In this document: in pieces, positions 10,558-19,450 of the stretch | Numbering within the stretch: position 1 is the first letter of the stretch | Layout of the letters: each line of letters begins with the position of its first letter | Assembly: GCA_016188215.1 (NCBI GenBank) | Contig: JACPIF010000011.1 | Coordinates: 172,159 to 236,158 of the forward strand | DNA length: 64,000 bases | Reading direction: 5' to 3' | Origin: Candidatus Woesearchaeota archaeon | GTDB lineage: Archaea > Nanobdellota > Nanobdellia > Woesearchaeales > JACPIF01 | Notes under the pieces: generated by a model | Database searches by the model: none | What the model was told of the DNA's origin: nothing | The model's input: the letters and a program-made list of their open reading frames with translations, nothing else | Made by a program: the position numbers and the translations under genes

Positions 10558-11106
10558 ATGGCAGAGAATGATACCTTAATCTTAGTAGACAGGCATGATA
10601 AAGAGATAGGCCATGAAAGCAAGCAGAATGTCCATGACGGCAAAGGGCTGTTGCATAGGGCATTCTCAATATTGATTGTCAACAGCAGGGGCGAGATGCT
10701 GCTCCAGCAAAGGGCTGCAACTAAAAGATTATGGCCATTATACTGGGCAAATGCCTGCTGCAGCCATCCCAGGAAAGGTGAAGATATTAATGACGCAATC
10801 CATCGCAGGTTGCAGGAAGAGCTTGGCTTTGATTGCAAGCTTGACTATCTGTACCAGTTTGAATACCACGCATCTTTTAAGGATGAAGGCTCAGAGCATG
10901 AGCTCTGCTATGTATTCCTGGGAAAGTATGATGATAAGATAGTGCCGAACAAGGAGGAGGTAAACCAGCTCAGGTTTATTGCCCTTGATGCTTTGGAACA
11001 AGACTTAAAAGAAAATCCTGGCAAGTACGCACCCTGGTTCATCCTTGAGATACAGGAGCTCTTTAAGCATTACAGGAACCAGCTCGGCGAAAAGGTGCAA
11101 GCATAA
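10558..11106 (+). CDS. idi: Isopentenyl-diphosphate delta-isomerase, type 1 (Nudix fold)
   Basis: LHRAFS, WANACCSHP, RRLQEELG, EHELC and PWF motifs. Confidence 0.93.
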   Translation: MAENDTLILVDRHDKEIGHESKQNVHDGKGLLHRAFSILIVNSRGEMLLQQRAATKRLWPLYWANACCSHPRKGEDINDAIHRRLQEELGFDCKLDYLYQFEYHASFKDEGSEHELCYVFLGKYDDKIVPNKEEVNQLRFIALDALEQDLKENPGKYAPWFILEIQELFKHYRNQLGEKVQA

Positions 11107-11255
11107 TGTTCAAAATCACAGGCTTCTGCACAACCTGCAGCAAACAGGTAATATTGACAATAAAGGATTATGAGTTAGACGACACCCTTATGAGCTACCG
11201 CTGCCCAAAAGGCCACAAGATGGAGGATATGGGATGCGAGTTTGAGCCTGGGTGA
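11106..11255 (+). CDS. Small zinc-ribbon protein (49 aa)
   Basis: Hand translation MFKITGFCTTCSK...YRCPKGHKMEDMGCEFEPG; TAATG overlap with idi. Confidence 0.75.
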   Translation: MFKITGFCTTCSKQVILTIKDYELDDTLMSYRCPKGHKMEDMGCEFEPG

Positions 11256-11372
11256 TTTTTAATCATCAAAATCCGGACTAATTCGAGGGCTAGATTACGG
11301 TCTATAAGAATTGAATGGTATAACGGTTATATAAAGATGATTATTGGGTAAAAGTGCCAGCCAAACAAGTCT

Positions 11373-12062
11373 TTATGTACCTATAATTTTTTCCATTAGC
11401 TCAATAGCATTCTTGATATTTTCTATAGGCAATCTCTCAATCGAGAATACCCCTTTAAAGGAATCATTGAAATTTTTGCTCTTGAAAAATCCAAGTAACC
11501 TCATCGTATTGGCATGAACGCTTTCTTGATTGCCAACGTGCATAAAACCAAGGACAGCATCGAAGTCTATGTCTTTGCACAAGGCAACAATATCCCTGGC
11601 ATCTGTTAATCTGCCTGAGTGTATCTTTGAAGCGACCAATAGCTCCTTTTTTGGGATTCGTGCCTCAATAGTTCTTTCTATCCCCGTAATCTTCTTTAGT
11701 ATCGAATGAGCATGTAATAAGGCAAAACTAAACGAGGCTTGTGTCTGCCTGCTTGCAAGGCTGCCAACCATTACATCAACAGTAACAGGCAACTTGGTAT
11801 TCTTCTTGTAGCTTTCAAACTGGCCTTTATAAATATCTTCCAAATCTTTTCTCTTGGTCATCTCAAAACGCTTTGCTTTCAATACCTCTCTAAACCGGGA
11901 CAGATCTTTCGTTTCTATGCAAATATCAGCATCTACAGAAAATCTATGCATGTATGCAGATACCGCATACCCGCCCACCAAAACATAGTCAAGCCCAGCC
12001 TTCTGGAAACTAAGCAGAATATCAAAGATTTCATTTTCCCTGTCTATGAACGATTGTATCAT
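11373..12062 (-). CDS. Nucleotidyltransferase (AbiEii/AbiGii-like)
   Basis: LVGGYAV..RFSVDAD, KIHSGRLTDARD motifs. Confidence 0.8.
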   Translation of the reverse strand: MIQSFIDRENEIFDILLSFQKAGLDYVLVGGYAVSAYMHRFSVDADICIETKDLSRFREVLKAKRFEMTKRKDLEDIYKGQFESYKKNTKLPVTVDVMVGSLASRQTQASFSFALLHAHSILKKITGIERTIEARIPKKELLVASKIHSGRLTDARDIVALCKDIDFDAVLGFMHVGNQESVHANTMRLLGFFKSKNFNDSFKGVFSIERLPIENIKNAIELMEKIIGT

Positions 12063-12703
12063 TCCTTATAGGTTGCGCCAATCTTTAAATCATATAATTC
12101 ATCCAACATCTCTAACGCAGGCTGAAAATTAAATTCATATCGCTTTGCCCATGCCACGGTTTCTGATAAAGGCAAGACAGGGACTTGCTCTGATAATTCT
12201 TTTTCTATTGCAGTGCTGGTTGAGAGCACAAAATATATTCCTTTCTTTTTTTCATTCCTGAATGTGTAGGTTATTCCTAACTGTGAGAAGAAATATTCCC
12301 ATGCAGCCTTATCTTTTTGTGCTATTCCAATAAAGATAGGATATGCATCCTTGCTTCTTCCGATATTGTAGCCGCCTTTGGTCCAGATAAAGATTGCATC
12401 GGTATTGGTAAACATATAGTCTAATCCCGCTAAATTCGGCAATAAATAAGCGTCATTTAAGCTTATATTGCTTGGTAAGGTGCCCCTGATGAATCTGCGT
12501 ATGGCCTTGTAGAAAGGGTTCTTTTTGTCTACATACACCTCCTGCCTTTCCCTTGTTATGGCTCCCATTTTGACTAATTCAGATACCCACTTATGCGTCC
12601 AGCCATACGACTCCCGTATCTTTTTAGAGATCTGCCTGATTGAATCTCCATCCCGTGCGGCTATTACGATCTTTGCAACGTAAGGGTTTATCATTTCGAA
12701 CAT
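12059..12703 (-). CDS. HTH protein, putative cognate antitoxin/regulator
   Basis: GDSIRQISKKIRESYGWT HTH; 4-bp overlap with the NTase gene. Confidence 0.75.
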   Translation of the reverse strand: MFEMINPYVAKIVIAARDGDSIRQISKKIRESYGWTHKWVSELVKMGAITRERQEVYVDKKNPFYKAIRRFIRGTLPSNISLNDAYLLPNLAGLDYMFTNTDAIFIWTKGGYNIGRSKDAYPIFIGIAQKDKAAWEYFFSQLGITYTFRNEKKKGIYFVLSTSTAIEKELSEQVPVLPLSETVAWAKRYEFNFQPALEMLDELYDLKIGATYKE

Positions 12704-12704
12704 A

Positions 12705-12722
12705 TTATCATTATAATGATAA
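12705..12722. promoter_or_regulatory. Perfect 18-bp palindromic operator
   Basis: TTATCATTATAATGATAA between the TATA box and the ATG of the HTH gene. Confidence 0.7.
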
Positions 12723-12914
12723 CTTATATATAAATCCTATGGTTTATTGGTGTTTTTCAGCTGGTTGGAAAAGCTTTAGAGTCATAGGCTTGGGATTAGG
12801 AGCTTCAACTGCCTGGCCTTGTATGATGCTGATTATAGGAAGATAATGGAGAATTTGGAGGTGATTGCTCCAAGCTCTAAGAGATTAATCGAATTCTTAA
12901 TCTCTGAAACCTAT

Positions 12915-12985
12915 ACTTTAATGAGCTATCGGTGCCCCAAAGGCCACAAGATGGAAGATATGGGTGTGAGTTTGAGACTGGGTAG
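12915..12985 (+). pseudogene. Diverged duplicate of the 3' end of the 11106-11255 gene
   Basis: Encodes TLMSYRCPKGHKMEDMG with synonymous changes, followed by a 1-nt deletion. Confidence 0.8.
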
Positions 12986-13047
12986 TTGGTAAACATTATA
13001 TAGGTAAGACTGTCACATATATGGAAAATCTTACTCAGGGGAAATAA

Positions 13048-13449
13048 GTGCCAAAATTTACAAAAGTTTTTAGGTACAACCGAGCAAAGCTTAGAGATTT
13101 TATAATAACTGTTATTGCCGCTTTATTTACCGGCGCAATTATTGGCCTTTTTCTTTCTCTAAAAATTTCAAATCAAATTTCGTCTTCTTTAGCTATAATC
13201 CTCATCTTATTTTTTTTGTTTCTGTTCTATATGCTGGGAAAATATTTAGTAATATACATTATCAAAAATAATAAAAGTGTTTATAATTTTCACATTAATT
13301 TTGTAGGTGGAATCTTTAGCTCACTCCTTGTATCTTTATTACTATTATTTTATCAGAGCACAATACTTATTCTTGGTATTGCCATTGTTGCACTTATATT
13401 TTTATATCTTTTAGCATATTTTACCATACAGATAAAGAGAGCCAAGTAA
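13048..13449 (+). CDS. AT-rich 4-TM membrane protein
   Basis: 133-aa hydrophobic ORF. Confidence 0.65.
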   Translation: MPKFTKVFRYNRAKLRDFIITVIAALFTGAIIGLFLSLKISNQISSSLAIILILFFLFLFYMLGKYLVIYIIKNNKSVYNFHINFVGGIFSSLLVSLLLLFYQSTILILGIAIVALIFLYLLAYFTIQIKRAK

Positions 13450-13640
13450 ATTACATATTTTTATCTAAATACACAAACTCCTCACGAAAAATCACTTATC
13501 CCCATATACTTTCTTCACCACCACCACCACCACTATCAACCCAAACGCACTAAACGCCATCAATGGTATATAATCAGCTACTTTCTCTTTCTTCCATAAA
13601 GCCATCCCTAAAAGGATGACTTTGGAGATACATCAGGTGT

Positions 13641-14597
13641 CTACCTTTTCCCTGTTTTGTAGTCACCAAGCTTCTTCTTTAATTCATTGTACTCTTTCAT
13701 ATAAAGCTTTATCGTTGGTTTCAAATCATGATATTTCTCATATGCCTGCAATGATGAGTAGTATTCTATTCTATTTTTTAAGCCTATATTAATGGGAGGC
13801 AGGCTGTGTTTGATCAGGATATTATTCAGCAGGATTCTGCCTACCCTGCCGTTTCCGTCTTTAAACGGGTGGATATTCTCAAATTGGTTATGGACAACTG
13901 CCCCAAGAACTAATCCTGGATACCTGCTCTTATTATTCTCATACCAGTCTGTTAATTCCCGCAAAAGGTGGTTTATTCTTGCCTGCGGAGCGCCTTCATG
14001 GATAATGTTTCTTTTGCTGTCCATCACAACAACTTCTTCGCCTTTCTTCCTTAGTGCCCCTGCGAATGGCTTTGAATTCTTGAACACGATTTTATGTATT
14101 TCTTTTATCAATTCCAGTGACAGGTGCTCTTTTGTATCTCGTATGTATGAGATGGCCTCGTCAACACCTAATGCTTCAGCAATGTCCTCTTTGGCCTTAT
14201 TGGGCCATTTGTCTTTCTCCAGAAGGTCTTTTACCTCATCTTGGGTTAATTTGCTTCCTTCTATTGCGTTGGTATTGTAGGTGAATATTTCTGAGAATTT
14301 CTTCCAGTTGCTTTCGGATAAGTGGCTTATTCTTAATGGTATGCGGGCTTCAAGCTTTCTTATTGCAGCTATTTCTTCTTCTGAGAGCTGCACCTGAAGC
14401 GGGTCTTTTATGATTTTGTATCTGTAGATTTCTTCAAGAATGAGTTTTTCTGCTATTCTTTTCCTTTCTTCCAGTAACTCTGGCTTTAAGTCCTGTCCCA
14501 GGTATTTCCTGAATTTATGGACTTTTAAGCCTTCCCTGTACGAATGCGACAGATAATACTTGATTCGTTTTCCAACCTTTCTTCTTTCTACGTGCAT
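13641..14597 (-). CDS. Fic-family protein with N-terminal beta-sheet DNA-binding-like domain
   Basis: HPFKDGNGRVGR Fic motif; TNAIEGS inhibitory-type motif. Confidence 0.92.
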   Translation of the reverse strand: MHVERRKVGKRIKYYLSHSYREGLKVHKFRKYLGQDLKPELLEERKRIAEKLILEEIYRYKIIKDPLQVQLSEEEIAAIRKLEARIPLRISHLSESNWKKFSEIFTYNTNAIEGSKLTQDEVKDLLEKDKWPNKAKEDIAEALGVDEAISYIRDTKEHLSLELIKEIHKIVFKNSKPFAGALRKKGEEVVVMDSKRNIIHEGAPQARINHLLRELTDWYENNKSRYPGLVLGAVVHNQFENIHPFKDGNGRVGRILLNNILIKHSLPPINIGLKNRIEYYSSLQAYEKYHDLKPTIKLYMKEYNELKKKLGDYKTGKR

Positions 14598-14608
14598 AAT
14601 TATAGCAT

Positions 14609-14672
14609 AGGTGACTACATATTTAAATGTTTTGATGCAAGGTGACTACATTTGGGCTGGTTTGTAGTCACC
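14609..14672. promoter_or_regulatory. GGTGACTACA operator-like repeats around the fic TATA box
   Basis: AGGTGACTACAT at 14609 and 14640; inverted copy at 14661-14672. Confidence 0.7.
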
Positions 14673-14760
14673 TAACCAACTGGTCACTGGACACCTGTGC
14701 CGCCGCCAATTATATAAACCAGGAAATCCTGTAATCCCTTAGTTTTTCTAAAATGCATAA

Positions 14761-15129
14761 TTAGTCAAAATAGCGCGGATCATCGCTGCGCACCATCGGC
14801 TGCGTCCTTTCCTTCTCGCTTCTTGTCTTATAGTCAGATGCATTTTTCTTTGAAGTATCCCCAACTTGATCTTGGGCCTTGCGTACAGTATTAATGGACA
14901 ATACCTTAGCCATGCTCTGGGGTCCGCAATTGAGGCATAAAAAGAACGTGCCATACTTCCCATCCTTGATTTCAAGCGCATCACCGCATACACAGCGCAT
15001 GGTATCCAGCTGTGCCGATGAGTCATTTGGGCATACGGAGATTCCCTGCGCATTCACTAGCGTAGCGGCCTTTCCGCAGAATATGCAGGTTTCTGCTTTA
15101 CTTTCCCCATACTGTTTTGGAATATGCAT
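14761..15129 (-). CDS. Zinc-ribbon protein (topoisomerase C4-like motif)
   Basis: CIFCG, CVCG..KDGKYGTFFLCLNC. Confidence 0.75.
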   Translation of the reverse strand: MHIPKQYGESKAETCIFCGKAATLVNAQGISVCPNDSSAQLDTMRCVCGDALEIKDGKYGTFFLCLNCGPQSMAKVLSINTVRKAQDQVGDTSKKNASDYKTRSEKERTQPMVRSDDPRYFD

Positions 15130-15234
15130 AGGAAGGAACAGAAGCCATCGCTTTATATTTGTTTCCCTGGAGTTAGACTCCTGAATCCTTGCTCCCTAAT
15201 TCTTTTATATCATTGAATCTTAGAAAGCAATAAA

Positions 15235-15336
15235 ATGGTATCAGGCAGGCAGGTACGGAAAAGTGCGGCATTTCGGCAAAGGTATCCCAAAGAGCAGATA
15301 AAGGAAAAGCGCCTGGCAAAGCGCGCCACTAAGTAA
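15235..15336 (+). CDS. Small basic protein (33 aa)
   Basis: MVSGRQVRKSAAFRQRYPKEQIKEKRLAKRATK; TTTATA about 25 nt upstream. Confidence 0.5.
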   Translation: MVSGRQVRKSAAFRQRYPKEQIKEKRLAKRATK

Positions 15337-15367
15337 AAGTTTAAATATAGCTTCTTCAATTTCATCT

Positions 15368-15682
15368 TTGGGAGTGGCAACCTTAACAGAGGCTACAAAA
15401 GAATATATACATATTCCAGTAGAAAAAGATCTTCTAGAAACAATAATGTTCAAAGGTCAGCCTGTATTAATCCGAATAGTTCCAAGTTTTGGTCGGCGCA
15501 TGCCGCTACCGTCAGTAAGCATTATGGGGTATACTAGAGCTGAGTATGTTAAGCAAGAAGGTTTCTTTGCAGGTATGCGTGCCTCAATGCATGTACCTTT
15601 GCCTTTTGAAGAGCACGAAGAATTCAGATATGAAGTAAGGCAAAAGAAAGGATTTACTGATTTTTATGATTATTTCTGGTAA
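15368..15682 (+). CDS. Hypothetical protein
   Basis: 104-aa ORF; start may be the GTG at 15374. Confidence 0.55.
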   Translation: MGVATLTEATKEYIHIPVEKDLLETIMFKGQPVLIRIVPSFGRRMPLPSVSIMGYTRAEYVKQEGFFAGMRASMHVPLPFEEHEEFRYEVRQKKGFTDFYDYFW

Positions 15683-15698
15683 CAACTTGAAATGTGAA

Positions 15699-16340
15699 TT
15701 AAAACTCCTTATTCTCCCCTTCCAGAATCTCAGTAAACTCAATTCCTTCTTTTGGCAGCACCTGGTTCGGCACCCATCTGGTAGAAGCCCTTTTATCCTC
15801 TTTCAGCATCCCATCATGCACCGGAAAGCAGACCTTAGGCTTTACCTTTTTAGCGTATTCAATCGCTTCAGATATCTTCATCCACGGCCCTGCAACCGGT
15901 AATGCAAGTATCTCAACTTTCTTGTCAGGAACAGTAAATGCATCTCCAGGATAAAATAATTTGCCAGCTATCAGATACCCTGTATTCTCAATAATTGGTA
16001 TTGAGTCATGTATTACCGCATGCCTTTCACCAATGCCTTCAATAGTAACCCCTTTTACAGTAACGCTCTTCCCATGAGCAAGCAACTCAAACGCAATACC
16101 ATGCTCCACAAGCTTTTTTCCAACTCCATGATTCGTAAAAATCTTGGCGCCAGGATTATTTTCCAAAATCTGCTTGAAATTTTCAAGGTCAATATGATCA
16201 GGATGCTCATGCGTTATCAGTATGGCGTCTGCATCTTTTATCTTTTCTTGGCCAGTAGAAAAATTCCCCGGATCAAACAGTATCCTGGTTCCATGATCCT
16301 CAACCAGCATGCAGGAATGGCCTATTTTGGTTATGTTCAT
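15699..16340 (-). CDS. Metallo-beta-lactamase-fold hydrolase
   Basis: GHSC, THEHPDH, YPGD and PVHD motifs; ATG at 16340 just downstream of tRNA-Gln. Confidence 0.9.
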   Translation of the reverse strand: MNITKIGHSCMLVEDHGTRILFDPGNFSTGQEKIKDADAILITHEHPDHIDLENFKQILENNPGAKIFTNHGVGKKLVEHGIAFELLAHGKSVTVKGVTIEGIGERHAVIHDSIPIIENTGYLIAGKLFYPGDAFTVPDKKVEILALPVAGPWMKISEAIEYAKKVKPKVCFPVHDGMLKEDKRASTRWVPNQVLPKEGIEFTEILEGENKEF

Positions 16341-16349
16341 GGTAAAAAG

Positions 16350-16449
16350 TAGCCCCGGGCAGATTCGAACTGCCGTCAGATGGTCCAAAGCCACCTATGC
16401 TTGACCGCTACAAACCGCAGAATCGCAATGCGATTTCTTCTACGGGGCT
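16350..16449 (-). tRNA. tRNA-Gln(TTG) with 27-nt intron at position 10/11 (16413-16439)
   Basis: Removing the intron gives a 73-nt cloverleaf AGCCCCG..CT-TTG-GA..TTCGAAT..CGGGGCT-A; BHB motif at both junctions. Confidence 0.9.
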
Positions 16450-16573
16450 ATAAAGCATAAATCTGCCGGAACTGGGATTTAAGTGCTGGATGTGCATATT
16501 TAAACTTAATGATTACCATCTAATCCTGAGACCCTTAACTTAAGGTATTTCCTTTAATACGCACACCACATTT

Positions 16574-16761
16574 CGGCGGCTGGACGGTCATGCTCACCAC
16601 TGTTCGCATGCCCTACGAATCACCCCGTAAGGGACGTCCCCCGATTCGTCCAGCGCCGTCGTGGCGTGCGGCGAGGCGAGGGTTGGCTCCTACGGAGTGC
16701 CGAGTAGGGCAAAATCGTGGCGGAGCAGAGATTTTGCCCGTCGCACCGCCAGAGACGACGC
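16574..16761. repeat. GC-rich multi-stem non-coding element with GTAG-foot REP-like units
   Basis: Several nested stems; GTAGGGCAAAATC..GATTTTGCCC; reverse-oriented GTAGGGC and GTAGGAGCC. Confidence 0.6.
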
Positions 16762-16844
16762 TTGTTATTTCCCTTAATTTTAGGACTCTCTGATTCTGAC
16801 CGATACCTTTATAATGACTGCCCTTTCTATCTTATTTTTTTGGG

Positions 16845-17981
16845 ATGGTATCAAGACTGGCAGCTTCTATCGCGCCTTCAGAGACATTTGCTATTGACCA
16901 GAAGGCAAAGCAGCTTGCAGCCCAGGGCAGGAGCATCATCAACTTCAGCATCGGCGAGCCTGATTTCCAGACACCCGAACGCGTAAAGGAAGCGACAATA
17001 ACGGCAGTGAAGGGGAACAGGACTAAGTATGCGCCTGTTGCAGGCATCCAGGAGCTGAAACAGGCAGTCTGCGACAAGCTAGTGCAGGAAAACAAGCTTG
17101 AGTACCAGCCGGAAAACATAGTGGTTTCTAACGGAGCGAAGCAATCCCTCTACAATGCCCTGCTCGCAATAGCCAACTCAGGCGACGAGATAATAGTTAT
17201 TGCCCCGTATTGGTCTACTTATGCAGAACAGGTGAAACTTTGCCGGGCAAAGCCTGTTATCGTGCAATCAAATGATTTCTCATTGCCGCTTGGAGAAATC
17301 AAGATATCAAAAAGAACAAAAGCCATCATCATAAATTCCCCAAACAATCCAACTGGTGCAGTATATTCCAAAAAACAGCTTGAAGAGCTGGGCGAGCTTG
17401 CCGTCAAGCATCAAATCCATATAATAAGCGATGAAATCTATGAAAAGATAATTTATGATGAGCAGCATTACAGCATCGGCTCATTCAGTGAGGATATCAA
17501 GAAACTTACCATCACAATAAATGGTTTGTCAAAGAGTTATGCGATGACTGGCTACCGCGTTGGCTATGCAGCTGCTGCCAAAGAGCTTGCACAGGCCATG
17601 CAGAAAATCCAGAGCCAAACCACTTCAGGCATCAACACCATGGCGCAGTATGCAGCTTTAGAAGCCATGAAAACCCCTCCAAGCAAGGACATGGTCGCTG
17701 AATTCAGGAAGCGGCGTGATATAATCTATGCGCATTTAAAACAAATTGATGGCATAGCCGTAGATTTACCGAAGGGAGCATTCTATATTTTTCCAGACGT
17801 GAGTAAATTGCTTAGCGGCAGGACCATCCAGGAATTTTCAGAGTACTTGCTGGAAAAAGCAAACATTGCAGTTGTGCCTGGCCCTGCGTTTGGCAGAACT
17901 GCAAATATAAGGTTTAGCTATGCTTTGGCTGCTGAAAAGATAGAGGAAGGCATCAGCCGCATGCAGGAGGCTCTCAAATGA
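16845..17981 (+). CDS. aspC: PLP-dependent class I aminotransferase (aspartate aminotransferase-like)
   Basis: GEPDF, NSPNNPTG, SDEIY and SKSYAMTGYRVG motifs. Confidence 0.88.
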   Translation: MVSRLAASIAPSETFAIDQKAKQLAAQGRSIINFSIGEPDFQTPERVKEATITAVKGNRTKYAPVAGIQELKQAVCDKLVQENKLEYQPENIVVSNGAKQSLYNALLAIANSGDEIIVIAPYWSTYAEQVKLCRAKPVIVQSNDFSLPLGEIKISKRTKAIIINSPNNPTGAVYSKKQLEELGELAVKHQIHIISDEIYEKIIYDEQHYSIGSFSEDIKKLTITINGLSKSYAMTGYRVGYAAAAKELAQAMQKIQSQTTSGINTMAQYAALEAMKTPPSKDMVAEFRKRRDIIYAHLKQIDGIAVDLPKGAFYIFPDVSKLLSGRTIQEFSEYLLEKANIAVVPGPAFGRTANIRFSYALAAEKIEEGISRMQEALK

Positions 17982-19450
17982 GGCCAAACATCTCGCGCAC
18001 CATGAGCACACAGCATCCTGATAATGTCAGGCCGCCCTTCTTTGCCGATTCTACGGTGATCGGCGGCGATGACGAGATAAAAGAGGCATTCTACGCATTT
18101 AGCCATATTGATTGCCGGGAGCAGCTCTGGGACTTTGAAGGCAAGGAGGTTGACAACTACGTAGTCAAGAAACTTCTCACTAAATACGAGCCTTTCTTCC
18201 AGCGCAGGAAACTGGGCAGGGATGTATTCCTCACGCTAAGGGTGCCGAATCCCGGTGTAGAGCGTGGCGAGGCAAAGATCCTCCTGGAGACCCTTGAGTC
18301 AATACCGAGAAGCTATGATGTAGCCAGGGCCTTCTATGGTGAGGATATCGCCCCCATCTTTGAAATCACGCTTCCCATGGCAACCTCCGCAATCGCAATG
18401 CGGCGCATAAAGGAGTATTACCGGAAGATGATAGTGGGAAGGGAAAATCAAAGCATAATAGCAGGCGATATTCCCATCAGCCAATGGATCGGTGAATTCA
18501 ACCCAAAGGACATTAATGTAATCCCTCTTTTTGAAGACCACGAGACAATATTAAATGCTGCGAAGATAACCGAGGAATACCTGAAAGGGCAGGACATTGC
18601 ATACCAGCGGGTTTGGCTGGCAAGGTCTGATCCTGCACTGAACTATAGCTCGCTTGCAGCCGTGCTCATGATTAAGATAGGCCTGCAGCGCCTCCATCTC
18701 TTGCAGGAAAAGTCTTCCGTGGAAATTTTTCCCATCCTGGGCACAGGCTCTGCTCCTTTCCGCGGAAACCTGAAGCCGACCAATGCCGGGCATATCCTGA
18801 AAGCCTATCCAAGCGTGCAGACATTCACCATACAGTCCGCATTTAAGTATGACTATAGCGAGGATCTGGTCCAAAAGGCTGTTCGCTCGCTTGCAGCCTC
18901 GCCGAGGGGCAGGCCCATTGAAGTAGAAGAGGCAGCAGTCCTGCCTATAATAAAAAAGCTTTCAGAAGAGTACCAGAAGCAGGTCAGCCTCCTTTCAGGC
19001 ATGGTAAATGATTTCTCAAGGTACATTCCTCCGCGCCGGAAACGGAAGCTGCACATTGGCTTGTTTGGCTACTCCCGCTCGCTGAAAGGCATTAAGCTTC
19101 CGCGCGCGATCACGTTCGCCGCAAGCCTCTATAGCATCGGCCTTCCCCCTGAGATTCTTGGCCTGAATGTCTTGTCTGCCCGTGAGCTTGATGCTGTCCG
19201 CTCAATAACGCCCCATCTTGACGAGGACATGCAGGATGCGCTTCAGTTTTTCAATAAGGATTCGCTTGGTTTCCTGCCAAATGAGATCCAAAAGAAAACA
19301 AAGCAGGCAGTGGCAATGTTCAAATTTGATGTGGACCCAAGGCATAAGAAAGTGACCGACATCATCCGTGAGGATTATCATAAGAAGAATTTGATCTCCC
19401 TGGAGGAGAACATAACAAGGGCCGCTTCAATAAGAGGATTCCTCGGCTGA
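17978..19450 (+). CDS. ppcA: Archaeal-type phosphoenolpyruvate carboxylase
   Basis: MSTQHPDN, WDFEGK, LARSDPALNY, GSAPFRG and LPRAITF motifs. Confidence 0.95.
   Translation: MRPNISRTMSTQHPDNVRPPFFADSTVIGGDDEIKEAFYAFSHIDCREQLWDFEGKEVDNYVVKKLLTKYEPFFQRRKLGRDVFLTLRVPNPGVERGEAKILLETLESIPRSYDVARAFYGEDIAPIFEITLPMATSAIAMRRIKEYYRKMIVGRENQSIIAGDIPISQWIGEFNPKDINVIPLFEDHETILNAAKITEEYLKGQDIAYQRVWLARSDPALNYSSLAAVLMIKIGLQRLHLLQEKSSVEIFPILGTGSAPFRGNLKPTNAGHILKAYPSVQTFTIQSAFKYDYSEDLVQKAVRSLAASPRGRPIEVEEAAVLPIIKKLSEEYQKQVSLLSGMVNDFSRYIPPRRKRKLHIGLFGYSRSLKGIKLPRAITFAASLYSIGLPPEILGLNVLSARELDAVRSITPHLDEDMQDALQFFNKDSLGFLPNEIQKKTKQAVAMFKFDVDPRHKKVTDIIREDYHKKNLISLEENITRAASIRGFLG

Noticed and set aside
13450-13640. 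(CCA)n microsatellite and short hydrophobic frame
   Set aside because: Too short; probably a gene remnant.
16463-16485. tRNA-like 3' end on the minus strand (TTAAATCCCAGTTCCGGCA)
   Set aside because: No matching 5' half or T-stem partner; it coincides with the likely tRNA-Gln TATA box.
16462-16800. RNase P, SRP or 5S rRNA assignment
   Set aside because: Hallmark motifs (GAGGAAAGUCC, CAGG/AGCA helix 8, CCGAAC) not found by eye.
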